Source of the DNA: an uncultured Chloroflexia bacterium
GTDB taxonomy: Bacteria; Chloroflexota; Limnocylindria; Limnocylindrales; CSP1-4
Direction of reading: 5' to 3'
Assembly (NCBI GenBank): GCA_963842755.1
Contig: CAWJIC010000075.1
Location: 85,180-149,179, forward strand
DNA length: 64,000 nucleotides
Shown in pieces: positions 28,637 to 39,959 of this stretch. Numbering within the stretch: position 1 is the stretch's first letter; each line of letters opens with the position of its first letter. The notes below the pieces were generated by a model. It was given only the letters and a program-made list of their open reading frames with translations. It searched no databases and had not been told where the DNA came from. Both the position numbers and the translations under genes were made by a program.

Positions 28637-29589
28637 CGAGGCCGGGCCTCGCTCATCAGCCCGAGGAAGCGCTCCTCGAGCGACGCTCGCCCCGGCTCCA
28701 CGGCGTGGACCCGCCCGCCGGCAGCGACGATGGCCGCCACCAGCTCGGGGATGCGGTCCGCGCCGATCGGCCGGATCGCCAGCCAGTCGCCGTCGTCGGT
28801 CAGCGGCCCGAAGCCGGCCAGGGCGGCCCGCGCCTCGCCGTCGAGGCCGGTGACCCGGATCCGGACCGAATCCTCGCCGAGGAGCTCCTCGAGCGTCCCG
28901 GCGGCCACCACCCGCCCGGCATCGACCACCGCCACCCGGTCGCACACCAGCTCGACCTCGGTCAGGAGGTGGGAGTTGAGGAAGACGGTCGTGCCGTGGT
29001 CGCGCGCCTCGCGGATGATCCGCCGGACGTCCGCCCGGCCGAGCGGGTCGAGCGCCGACGTCGGCTCGTCGAGCAGGACCAGCTCCGGCCGCCCGAGGAG
29101 CGCCGCGCCGAGACCGAGCCGCTGCTGCATCCCCTTGGAGAAGGTCGCGACGAGGTCGTCCGCCCGGTCGGCCAGGCCAACGTGGTCGAGGGCAGTCCGG
29201 ATCTCCGCCCGACGGTCCGGCCGGGGGATCCCGGCCAGCTCGCAGTGGAGGCCGAGGACCTCCCGGGCGCTCAGCCACGGCTGGTAGCGGAAGAGCTCGG
29301 GCAGGTAGCCCACCCGGCGGCGGGCCTCGCGATCGCCGAGCGGGGCGCCCAGGAGCCGACCCTGGCCGGCGGTCGCCCGGGTCAGGCCCAGGAACAGCTT
29401 CACCGCGGTCGTCTTGCCGGCTCCGTTCGGACCGAGGAAGCCGAAGACCTCGCCGCGCTCGACCCGCATCGACAGCCCGGCGAGCGCGACCGTCCGGCCG
29501 AAGCGCTTGACGAGCTCGTGCGTCTCGATCGCCGGTCCGCCCGGGCCCGGCGTGCGCGGCACGGCCGCGGGGGTGGTCATGGCGAGCAT
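28633..29589 (-). CDS. ABC transporter ATP-binding protein
   Basis: Walker A GPNGAGKTT, signature FSKGMQQRL, Walker B LLDEPTSALD. Confidence 0.85.
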   Translation of the reverse strand: MLAMTTPAAVPRTPGPGGPAIETHELVKRFGRTVALAGLSMRVERGEVFGFLGPNGAGKTTAVKLFLGLTRATAGQGRLLGAPLGDREARRRVGYLPELFRYQPWLSAREVLGLHCELAGIPRPDRRAEIRTALDHVGLADRADDLVATFSKGMQQRLGLGAALLGRPELVLLDEPTSALDPLGRADVRRIIREARDHGTTVFLNSHLLTEVELVCDRVAVVDAGRVVAAGTLEELLGEDSVRIRVTGLDGEARAALAGFGPLTDDGDWLAIRPIGADRIPELVAAIVAAGGRVHAVEPGRASLEERFLGLMSEARPR

Positions 29590-29666
29590 CGTGCCAGAGA
29601 CGGTCGGTCCGCGGGTCGCCGTCAGGAACGGGTTGGGCACTCGGGGCACGCCGCTCGCCGACCGAC

Positions 29667-30931
29667 TCAGCGGCCCAGCGCGCTCGCCCGGCGGAGCGGC
29701 CGCGACAGGGCGAACACCGCGCTCGCCGCCAGGAGGGCGAAACCGATCGACGCCACGGTGAAGCCCCCGCCGACTGCGTCGATGAGGACGCCCGCGGCGA
29801 TGAACCCGATCGGCTGCAGGCCGAGCGAGATCGTCCGGGCCGTGCTCCCCACTCGGCCGAGAAGCTCGTCCGGAGACGACGCCGTCCGAAGGGTGATGTA
29901 GGTGATCAGCACGAGCGAGTCGACGACTCCGGCAACGAGCGCGATGGGGACCATCGCCTCGAGCGTTCCGGTGAGCGCGATCGTCACCAGGGCCACGCCC
30001 CGGACCAGGTTGCCCACGAGCATCAGCCGGCCGGCCTGCCGGAGCCGAAGTCGGGCGGTGAGGATCGCCCCGCCGACCGTTCCCAGCCCGTACGCGGCGA
30101 TGACCAGGCCGAGCGCCGCCGCGTCCATGCCGCGCTCGCGGACGACGTAGAAGGCGAGGGCCGGGACGAGCCCGGCGCTGGCGACGCTCACGACACCCCA
30201 GAAGGCGATCGTGTCGCGCAAGGTCCGGTGATCGGCCACGAACGCGATGCCCTCGCGGATCTCCGCGACGAGATCGAGTTCCGGGCGGTTGATCCGGGCC
30301 CGAAGCGGCTGGCGGATCAGGAGCAGCGCGAGCGCCGAGACGGCGTACGAGGCGGCGTCGACGGCGATCGTCTGGGCCGGTCCGATGGTCGCGACGAGGA
30401 CGCCGGCGATCCCCGGCCCGATGACGTAGCCGGAGCTGTAGACCGCCTCGAAGATCGAGTTCGCCCGGCCCAGCTGGGCCCGCCCGACAAGGCTCGGGAG
30501 CGATGCGGTATACGCCGCCAGGAAGAGCGCCCGCAGCACGCTCATCGGGGCCGCGACGAGGTAGACCACGACCATCGTCGGTGCGCCAAGGAGGTAGGAC
30601 AGTAGGACAGGGGGATGAGCGCGGTGAGCGCCGCCCGCCCCAGGTCGGCGAGGAACATCATTCGGCGCCGGTCCCCCCGGTCGGCCAGGACACCGGCGAC
30701 CATCCCGAAGATGAGGTCCGGGATGGACTGGAGGACCCCGACGAATGCCATCGCCAGGCCGGATCCGGTCAGGGCGAGGACCAGCAGCGGGAGCGCGGTG
30801 AAGCTCACCGCGTCGCCAATCGCGGAGGCGCCCTGACCCGCCAGGAGCATCCGGAAGTCGCGGTTCCGCCGGAGCGGCTCGATCCGTGGGGTCGCTGGCG
30901 CGTCGAGGCTCGAGGCCGACTCCGGGGTCAC
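29667..30931 (-). pseudogene. MFS transporter disrupted by an 8-bp tandem duplication (gtaggaca x2 at 30594-30609)
   Basis: The N-terminal 120 aa (ORF 30542-30931) and the remaining 11 TM helices (ORF 29667-...) are in different frames. They share the duplicated LSY codons (ctgtcctac). Confidence 0.65.
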
Positions 30932-30972
30932 CGCCGGATGGTACGACTCGCGGGACCCGGCGGTGCCGCCGT

Positions 30973-32172
30973 TCAGGTCCGGACGCCGGCTCCCAGGACG
31001 ACGCCCGGACGGTCGGCCGGCCGGTCGAGAAGTTCCCGGATCGTCCGGGCCAGCTCGTGCGGGGTGAATGGCTTGGCGATCGTCGCCGCCGGGGGATCGC
31101 CCGGGCGACCACGGTCAGCCCCGGTCCCGGCGATGAGGAGCAGGCGGGCGCCGGGATGCCCGGCGATCACCCCGAACGCGGCCGCGCGAACATCGATGGC
31201 CGCCGGGTCGAGGTCCGCGATGACCAGGTCGACCGATGCTGACCCCTCGGTTGCCAGTGCAGCCGCATCGGCGGGGCCGGCGGCCGCAATCACGGCATAC
31301 CCCAGCGCCCGGAGGATCCGTCCGACGATCGCCTGCACCTCCGGATCCGCCTCGATGACGACGATCCGCTCGGTTCCATGGAGTTCCGGATCCGAGGGCA
31401 CGGTCACCTCGCCGTCGACGGCCGGTTCGGCGGACGGCATCGCGATGACGAACCGCGTCCCCCTCCCGGGCTCCGATTCGAACGACAAGGTCCAGCCGCT
31501 GCGCTCCACGACGGTCGCGACAGAGGACAGTCCCAGCCCGCTGCCATGACCCGAGCCCTTCGTCGTGTAGAACGGCTCGAATGCTCGAAGCCGGGTCGAC
31601 TCGTCCATGCCCAGTCCGGTGTCCGAGACGGTGAGCGTCGGCCGTCGCTCGCGGTCCAGCCGATCGGCTGGAGCCATCGCGACCGCGAGCGTCAGCAGTC
31701 CTCCGGCCGGCATCGCGTCGCGGGCGTTGAGCGCCAGGTTGAGGATGACCAGCTCGATCTCGGCCGGGTCCGCCACGACGCGGACGGGCCGTGGACCGAG
31801 GGCGACCCGGAGTTCGATCGCCTCCCCCAGCAACGGTCTGAGCATCGTGCCCATCGAGCCGACCACGGCGTTGAGGTCGAGCGTCACCGCGTTGGTCGAG
31901 ACGGTCCGGCGGAGGGTCACGAGCTGGCGAGCCAGGAGTGCAGCTCGCTGGGCCGCCCGGGTGATCTCCCGGATGTCGGCCCGCGTCTCCGCCGAGAGGT
32001 CGGGCTCCCCGAGCGCGAACTGGGCATGGCCGAGGATCGCCGTCAGCAGGTTGTTGATGTCGTGGGCGATGGCGCCCGATAGCTCGCCCTCCGGCTCGGG
32101 GCGTCGACCGCGGGATCCCACCGTACGGCGGGTAGGACTGCGTCCCCCCGGACGTTCGGCCCCCACGGCCAT
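30973..32172 (-). CDS. Hybrid histidine kinase (HisKA + HATPase_c + C-terminal receiver-like domain) without membrane or sensor domain
   Basis: H-box AHDINNLL, N/G boxes (LNLALNARDAM, DTGLGM, GSGLGLS), then receiver-like VVIEADPEV...DLVIADLD. No TM segments. Confidence 0.8.
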   Translation of the reverse strand: MAVGAERPGGRSPTRRTVGSRGRRPEPEGELSGAIAHDINNLLTAILGHAQFALGEPDLSAETRADIREITRAAQRAALLARQLVTLRRTVSTNAVTLDLNAVVGSMGTMLRPLLGEAIELRVALGPRPVRVVADPAEIELVILNLALNARDAMPAGGLLTLAVAMAPADRLDRERRPTLTVSDTGLGMDESTRLRAFEPFYTTKGSGHGSGLGLSSVATVVERSGWTLSFESEPGRGTRFVIAMPSAEPAVDGEVTVPSDPELHGTERIVVIEADPEVQAIVGRILRALGYAVIAAAGPADAAALATEGSASVDLVIADLDPAAIDVRAAAFGVIAGHPGARLLLIAGTGADRGRPGDPPAATIAKPFTPHELARTIRELLDRPADRPGVVLGAGVRT

Positions 32173-32328
32173 GGCGCTGCTCCGATCAGGTCCGGATCCG
32201 TCCCGGAAGGGACGCTGGAGATTCGGATCATACCCGATCGGAGCAAGTATTTAGCGCCACGCCACAGGCCCGCCGGGTCCCGACCGCCTGCCCCCCTGCA
32301 TGGCCAGCGGTCGGGACCCGGCTCGCGA

Positions 32329-32439
32329 TCAGCGGGGGAATGGGGCCGGGCCGTCCCCGGCGAAGGCGACGGCCGCAGCCGCGAGCGAGAGGAGGACGCC
32401 GATGAGCCACGAGAGAGCGAGCGACCGACGGTGAAACAC
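32329..32439 (-). CDS. Candidate small secreted pro-peptide gene (36 codons, not in the ORF track)
   Basis: AGGAGG 8 nt upstream of a GTG start. Product VFHRRSLALSWLIGVLLSLAAAAVAFA|GDGPAPFPR has a basic n-region, hydrophobic core, AxA-type cleavage site and a 9-aa C-terminal tail. Confidence 0.25.
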   Translation of the reverse strand: MFHRRSLALSWLIGVLLSLAAAAVAFAGDGPAPFPR

Positions 32440-32534
32440 GGTTCGTGCCTCCTGGATCCGTCACCGCCGGCCCGGATGGCAGGAGGTGCATCCGAGGGCT
32501 GGCGGGACGTTGCGTCGGATGGTAGGCTCGATCG

Positions 32535-33038
32535 ATGCGATTGTCAACTATTTCTAAACATGCGCGGGCCGGACCGGACTCACCCTTCGCCCGGTCGGTC
32601 GGCTCGGAGATCCGCCGACTGCGGCTGGGCCGCGAGCTCAGCCAGGCGCAGCTCGGCGCCCCGCTCACCCGGGGCTTCGTGTCCGCCGTCGAGCACGGGC
32701 GGGCCCTTCCGTCGCTGCCGGCCCTGGCCCTGCTCACGGCGCGTCTGGGGATCTCACTGGCGGAGTTCTTCAGCGGTGTCAATGGCACGTTGACAGACGT
32801 GTACACTGCCGGACATGAGCACGACACGCCGCAGGATCGTCGTCGACGACACCCCCCTCGCCCGATCGATCGGAGCCCGGATCCGGGAGCGCCGGCTGCG
32901 AGCAGGGCTGAGCCAGCAGAGGCTCGCCGAGGGACGCTATACGAAGGCCTACGTGAGCGCCCTCGAAACCGGCTCGGCGAAGCCGTCGATGGCCGCGCTC
33001 AACTTCCTGGCCGGACGGCTGGGCACGACGGCGGCTGA
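32535..33038 (+). CDS. Small XRE-family HTH protein, paralog of the N-terminus of the downstream HTH-TPR regulator
   Basis: HTH region ARSVGSEIRRLRLGRELSQAQLG...LPALALLTARLGISLAEF is about 45% identical to residues 15-80 of the next gene. The 3' part overlaps that gene out of frame, so the true stop and extent are unclear. Confidence 0.45.
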   Translation: MRLSTISKHARAGPDSPFARSVGSEIRRLRLGRELSQAQLGAPLTRGFVSAVEHGRALPSLPALALLTARLGISLAEFFSGVNGTLTDVYTAGHEHDTPQDRRRRHPPRPIDRSPDPGAPAASRAEPAEARRGTLYEGLRERPRNRLGEAVDGRAQLPGRTAGHDGG

Positions 33039-34167
33039 GATCCTGGCGGATCCCGATCCGGCCTGGACACGCCTCGAGGCGGATCTCCAGCTCGCGCTGG
33101 GCGACGCCCAATCGGCCGCCGATGCCTACGCGGCCGTTCTCGAATCCGCCACGGATCCGCGAACGCGCGCCGACCTGCTTCGGGGCCTCGCCGAGGCCCT
33201 CTGCCGGATTGACCGGCCGGCCGACGCCATCCGCGCGGCGGCCGAATCTGCCGAGCTGTTCGGCGTCCTCGGGCGGCAGGCGGATCGCGCGATCGCCCTC
33301 TACTGGCTGGCCTCCGCCCAGCACCAGCACGACAACCCGGATGAGGCCCGGGCCCTGCTCGCCGCGATCCTCGAGGAGATCCGGGGCGGACTGGCAGTGA
33401 CGCCGGACTTCGAGGTCCGGGTCCTCATCGCCCTCGCCTCCACGGAGACGTACCGTGGAGCGAACCATGCGGCGGTGGGTTACCTCGAAGAGGCGCGGGC
33501 CCGCACGCTCGACCTGACCGACCGGCAGCGCGGGGTCGTCCTCATCTCCCTGGCCAACAGCTACCGGGGCGCCGGGGACCACGAGGCGGCGATCCGATTC
33601 GGGACCCAGGCGCTGGCCCTCCTGGGAGCGTCCGACTCGGAGCTCGATCGAGCCAGCCTCGCGAACTACCTCGCCCTGACCTACCTCGCGATCGGCAACG
33701 GTGAACGAGCCGCCCAGATGGTCGCCGAGGCGCAGGCGATCTCGGAACGGCACCACGACGGGCGCCTCCTGGCCCACCTGGCCGACACCGAGGCCCAGAT
33801 CGCGCTGGGCGGCGGCGACGCCGCTCGGGCGCTCGCGCTGGCCGAGACGGCCATCGAGCGGGCCGAGGCGACCGACAACCGGAAGGCCCTGATCGATGCG
33901 TCGGTCACCCGGGCACGGGCGCTGGTGCTCCTCGGCCGGCCAGACGAGGCGCTGGCGTCGTTCGCCCGGGCGGCCGAGCTCGCCCGGGCGAACGCGCCGA
34001 TGCCGCGGCTTCGCGAGGTGCTCCGAGCGTGGGCCGATGCGCTCGCCGCCGCCGGCCGCCACGAGGAGGCGTTCGCCGTGGCCCGCGAGGCGCTGTCGGC
34101 CGAAGGGCCGGCCGTCGCGGACCGCACCGCCGCCCCCGCCGCCCCCGCCGGGCGCCCGATCGCCTGA
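32815..34167 (+). CDS. XRE-HTH plus tetratricopeptide-repeat regulator (RNPP-like architecture)
   Basis: N-terminal HTH (LSQQRLAEGRYTKAYVSALETG), then about 350 aa of TPR-like helical repeats. Confidence 0.75.
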   Translation: MSTTRRRIVVDDTPLARSIGARIRERRLRAGLSQQRLAEGRYTKAYVSALETGSAKPSMAALNFLAGRLGTTAAEILADPDPAWTRLEADLQLALGDAQSAADAYAAVLESATDPRTRADLLRGLAEALCRIDRPADAIRAAAESAELFGVLGRQADRAIALYWLASAQHQHDNPDEARALLAAILEEIRGGLAVTPDFEVRVLIALASTETYRGANHAAVGYLEEARARTLDLTDRQRGVVLISLANSYRGAGDHEAAIRFGTQALALLGASDSELDRASLANYLALTYLAIGNGERAAQMVAEAQAISERHHDGRLLAHLADTEAQIALGGGDAARALALAETAIERAEATDNRKALIDASVTRARALVLLGRPDEALASFARAAELARANAPMPRLREVLRAWADALAAAGRHEEAFAVAREALSAEGPAVADRTAAPAAPAGRPIA

Positions 34168-34201
34168 CCCTCCGGGCGCCCGGACGCGGCCAGCCCTCGA
34201 C

Positions 34202-34984
34202 TCAGCCGATCCGGACGGACGCGGCGCCCCCGGAGAACCGGACCATCACGCGGTCGGGCGCGGTCGCGAACCCGGGCGACTCGGTCCGGCCGTTGACCGA
34301 CATCATCCCGCCGCTGGTCTCGAGCCGGTACTCGACGCCGGGCGGTGCCTCGAATGCGATCTGCGATGCCCCGCCGGTCACCCGGACCTCGACGGTCCCG
34401 CGCGGTCGGGGCAGGACGATCCGGGCCTTTGCCGCCCCGATCTGGAGCCGGGCGTCCGCGACGGTCATCTCCGAGAGGTCGATCGAGAAGTCGCCGGCCC
34501 CCGCGCTCATCGCCAGGACCGTCGGCACATCCGGGGCGACGCGCACGACCCAGTCCGATCCGCCGCGCCAGGCGAACGGCCACCAGGCGACATCCTGGCG
34601 GAGCCGGACGAGGGCACGGTCCCCGGTCCGATCGACCCGGGTGGCGATGTCGTCATTCGTCGAGGCCACCTCGACGAGCTGGCTCGCCCCGCCGGCCAGC
34701 CGGAAACGCCCCGCGCCGACGCCGAGGTCGAGCTCCAGCCTGGTGCTGCTCTCGCGGGGGACGGCGGCGCCCGAGGACCCGTGCCGCGCCGGCCGGACCG
34801 CGCCGTACAGGATGACGCCGCCGACCGCGATCAGCGCGACGGCCCAGATCACCCCCCACGAGATGAGGAAGATCCCGAGGTTCCCGAGCAGATAGACGAC
34901 TCCGAGGGCGATGAGGACGATCCCGATCAGCTCGGCGCCGCGCCATCGCGCGCCGGGGCCGCCAGGTCGTCGGTCGGTCGACAT
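34202..34984 (-). CDS. LiaF-like membrane protein with C-terminal toastrack (DUF4097-like) domain
   Basis: Internal ATG at 34984 (MSTDRRPGG...). Two TM helices, then repetitive beta-strand region (VEVRVTGGASQIAFEAPPGVEYRLETSGG). Confidence 0.5.
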   Translation of the reverse strand: MSTDRRPGGPGARWRGAELIGIVLIALGVVYLLGNLGIFLISWGVIWAVALIAVGGVILYGAVRPARHGSSGAAVPRESSTRLELDLGVGAGRFRLAGGASQLVEVASTNDDIATRVDRTGDRALVRLRQDVAWWPFAWRGGSDWVVRVAPDVPTVLAMSAGAGDFSIDLSEMTVADARLQIGAAKARIVLPRPRGTVEVRVTGGASQIAFEAPPGVEYRLETSGGMMSVNGRTESPGFATAPDRVMVRFSGGAASVRIG

Positions 34985-35122
34985 GTGAACCCCTCCCACC
35001 GGTCGTTGGCCCGCCCAGCGTACTCGCCCGGGTCCATGGCCGGCGCATCGGGCCGCCGCGCGATGGCTCACGGACCGGGACGGCCACTGGCGGCGGCCGG
35101 GCTGCCCGCCTATACAGCGTCC

Positions 35123-36229
35123 ATGACCGACATCGCGAAGCGCTCTCCGTTCCACGCCGCCCAGGAGCGGATCGGCGGTTCCTTCGGGGACTGGGATGGC
35201 TGGATCTGGACGACCGGGTTCGGGAACCCCGCGGCCGAGTACGCCGCGATCCGCGACGGCGTCGGGGTCTGGGACTGCTCCAGCCTCATCAAGTGGGAGT
35301 ACCGCGGGCCGGACGCGCTGCGGGCCGTCGACCGGCTGGTCACCCACGACGTCGGCTCACTCGGTCCGGGTCGGGCGCGCTACACCGCGCTGGTCGACGA
35401 GGCGGGCCGGATGGTCGACGACGCGACCGTCTACGTCTTCGGGCCGGACCGGGTCTGGCTGATGACGAACCGGTTCGACCTGGAGAGCCACCTCCGGACG
35501 GTCGCCGCTGGTCTGGACGCGACGATCGAGCTGATCGTCTTCGACCTGCCCCACGTCCAGCTCCAGGGCCCGCGCTCGCGCGAGGTGCTCCAGCGCCACG
35601 TCGGGGTCGACCTCTCGACCCTCGGCTACTTCCGGTTCCTCACCGAGCCGGTGGAGGTCGCCGGCGTGCCGGCCTGGATCACCCGGACGGGCGTGTCGGG
35701 CGAGCTCGGCTACGAGCTGTTCGTGCGGCCGGAGGGTGCGGAGCCGCTCTGGGAGCGCCTGACCGCCGACGGCGAGGTTGTCCCCTACGGCTTCGACGCC
35801 GTCGACGTCGCCCGGATCGAGTCGGGGATGATCCTGCCCGGCTACGACTACACCCCCCGCGAGACGAGCCCCTACGACATCGACTTCGAGCGGTTCATCC
35901 GGCTCGACAAGGCCGAACCGTTCCACGGACGGGACGCGCTCGCCGCCGCCTGGGCCGCCGGCCCGCAGCGCCGCTTGGCGACGCTCGTCATCGAGGGAGA
36001 CGGCGTCCCCGAGGCGGGCGCCACGGTGACCGCGAACGGCGAGCCCGCCGGGACGGCCACGAGCCCGACCGCCTCGCCCCGCTTCGGGACGATCGCCCTG
36101 GCGGTCCTCGAGCGCCGGTTCGCCGTGCCCGGGACGACGGTCGAGGTGGCTCTCGGGGACGGTGCGGTCCGGGCACGCGTCGAGCGCCCGTCGATCTACG
36201 ACCCGGAGAAGCGCCGCGTCCGGATGTGA
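35123..36229 (+). CDS. Aminomethyltransferase (glycine cleavage T-protein, GcvT) family folate-binding protein
   Basis: GcvT-like motifs (AIRDGVGVWDCSSLIKWEYRGPDA, VSGELGYELFV) over the full length. Confidence 0.8.
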   Translation: MTDIAKRSPFHAAQERIGGSFGDWDGWIWTTGFGNPAAEYAAIRDGVGVWDCSSLIKWEYRGPDALRAVDRLVTHDVGSLGPGRARYTALVDEAGRMVDDATVYVFGPDRVWLMTNRFDLESHLRTVAAGLDATIELIVFDLPHVQLQGPRSREVLQRHVGVDLSTLGYFRFLTEPVEVAGVPAWITRTGVSGELGYELFVRPEGAEPLWERLTADGEVVPYGFDAVDVARIESGMILPGYDYTPRETSPYDIDFERFIRLDKAEPFHGRDALAAAWAAGPQRRLATLVIEGDGVPEAGATVTANGEPAGTATSPTASPRFGTIALAVLERRFAVPGTTVEVALGDGAVRARVERPSIYDPEKRRVRM

Positions 36230-36271
36230 CCCGGGCGCACGGAGCTCGCGCCCACCGGCGATGATGCGCGG

Positions 36272-36907
36272 GTGAACACGCGCGAGCACCGCGAGGCCGC
36301 CGCCGCGATCGTTGCTGCCGGGCGACGCCTGGGCGCCCGTGGCCTCATCGTCGCCGGCGAGGGGAACCTGTCGTTCCGGCTCGGCGACCGGCTCCTCGTG
36401 ACACCGTCCGGCCGACGCAAGGACGAGCTGACGGTGGACGACCTTCTCCTCGTGCCGGCCGATCCGGACGCCCCACCGGTGGACCCGGACCGTGCGGACC
36501 TTCGCCCAACGTCCGACCTCCGGATCCACCGCGCAGTCCACGCCGCCCGCCCGGACATCCGGGCCGTCGCTCATGCCCACCTGCCGGCCGCGCTGGCGCT
36601 CACGGTCGCGGGTGAGGTGCCGGACCCGGCGATTCTCCCGGAGACCCGGCTGTTCATCCCGCGCCTGCCGTACTTGCCGTTGATGGATCCGGGCAGCGCG
36701 GAGCTCGCCGCCGCAATCGCGGCCACGTTCGCCGACCCGACGGAGCCGCGGGCCAACGCCGTCCTCCTCGAACGTCACGGCGCGGTCGCCGTCGGCGCCA
36801 CGGTCGATGCCGCGGTCGATCGGCTCGAGCTCGTCGACCTGCTCTGCAGGGTCTGGCGGGACGCCCGCCTCCTCGAGCTCGCCCGGCGCCTCGCTGCCCG
36901 GGCCTAG
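36272..36907 (+). CDS. Class II aldolase/adducin-family protein
   Basis: GEGNLSFR, metal-binding His pattern (HRAVHAAR...AHAHL), ERHGAV. Confidence 0.8.
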   Translation: MNTREHREAAAAIVAAGRRLGARGLIVAGEGNLSFRLGDRLLVTPSGRRKDELTVDDLLLVPADPDAPPVDPDRADLRPTSDLRIHRAVHAARPDIRAVAHAHLPAALALTVAGEVPDPAILPETRLFIPRLPYLPLMDPGSAELAAAIAATFADPTEPRANAVLLERHGAVAVGATVDAAVDRLELVDLLCRVWRDARLLELARRLAARA

Positions 36908-37225
36908 CGTCGCCTCCCGGTCAGGCCGCTGACTGGCATCATCGACGACGTGTCCGGCCAGGGGCAGGACTCACCTCGCCGGTGGCACGCCTTGCCCTCG
37001 AAGGGCCTGAGCTATGCACGTGCTGCATGGAATCGCGCCCCGGCACGCTCGGCCACGACCCACAACTGGCGAAACGGCACCGCGGCCACGCTCGCTACAT
37101 CGCCGATCCATGCATGGGCCGCATGGCCGGCCGCGCGGAGTCCCCAGGGCCCAGATCGCCGGCCGGCGGCGGGCCGGGCAGGCGTTGCAGCGCCCATGAA
37201 CCAGGGGCGTTCCGTTCCCCGGAGG

Positions 37226-37702
37226 TCAGTAGAGCCACGGGATGAGCCGTCGGGTCCGGGCCCGGTACGAGGCGTAGTCGGGATGGCGCTCGATCAGCCA
37301 GGCCTCCTCCCGGCGCGATTTCACGTCGAACAGGACGCCCAGCCCGAGTGCCGCGAGGATCGTGACAGGGCTCGCCACGATCAACCCCAGCCCGACCGCG
37401 CCGACGACCTGGCCTCCGTAGATGGGATGCCGGACGAGCCGGTACGCCCCGCTGTCCACGAGCCGGCTGACCTCCCGGGGGCGAGGCCACGGGGTGAGGT
37501 TCTCGCGCAGATCGACGATCCCGCGGAGCACCAGCCAGCCGCCTCCGGCGGCGAGCGCGAACCCGAGGACGGCGGCGGCCAGGCGGGCGGATCCGGCCCA
37601 GGCCGGGCCCAGCGGAACGGTGGCCAGGACGACGAGGGTGATCGCGGCCTGCAGCGCGACATACCCCTCGCCGCGCGGACCGAGGTCGGGCAGCCGGGCC
37701 AT
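37226..37702 (-). CDS. Isoprenylcysteine carboxyl methyltransferase (ICMT/PEMT) family membrane methyltransferase
   Basis: RHPIYGG motif and EExL C-terminal region. TM helices. Confidence 0.7.
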   Translation of the reverse strand: MARLPDLGPRGEGYVALQAAITLVVLATVPLGPAWAGSARLAAAVLGFALAAGGGWLVLRGIVDLRENLTPWPRPREVSRLVDSGAYRLVRHPIYGGQVVGAVGLGLIVASPVTILAALGLGVLFDVKSRREEAWLIERHPDYASYRARTRRLIPWLY

Positions 37703-37705
37703 CGG

Positions 37706-39958
<2,253 letters not shown>

Positions 39959-39959
39959 G

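Noticed and set aside
32541-32560. Canonical -35/-10 promoter within the AT-rich patch ttgtcaactatttctaaaca
   Set aside because: TTGTCA is a good -35, but no acceptable -10 hexamer lies 16-18 nt downstream. Kept only as a possible operator or AT island in the HTH-paralog finding.
33681-34583. 300-aa minus-strand ORF and other long ORFs overlapping the HTH-TPR gene (e.g. N-terminal part of 33896-36229)
   Set aside because: Antisense or alternative-frame read-through of Ala-rich TPR coding DNA. The real genes there are the HTH-TPR regulator, the LiaF-like gene and the GcvT-family gene.
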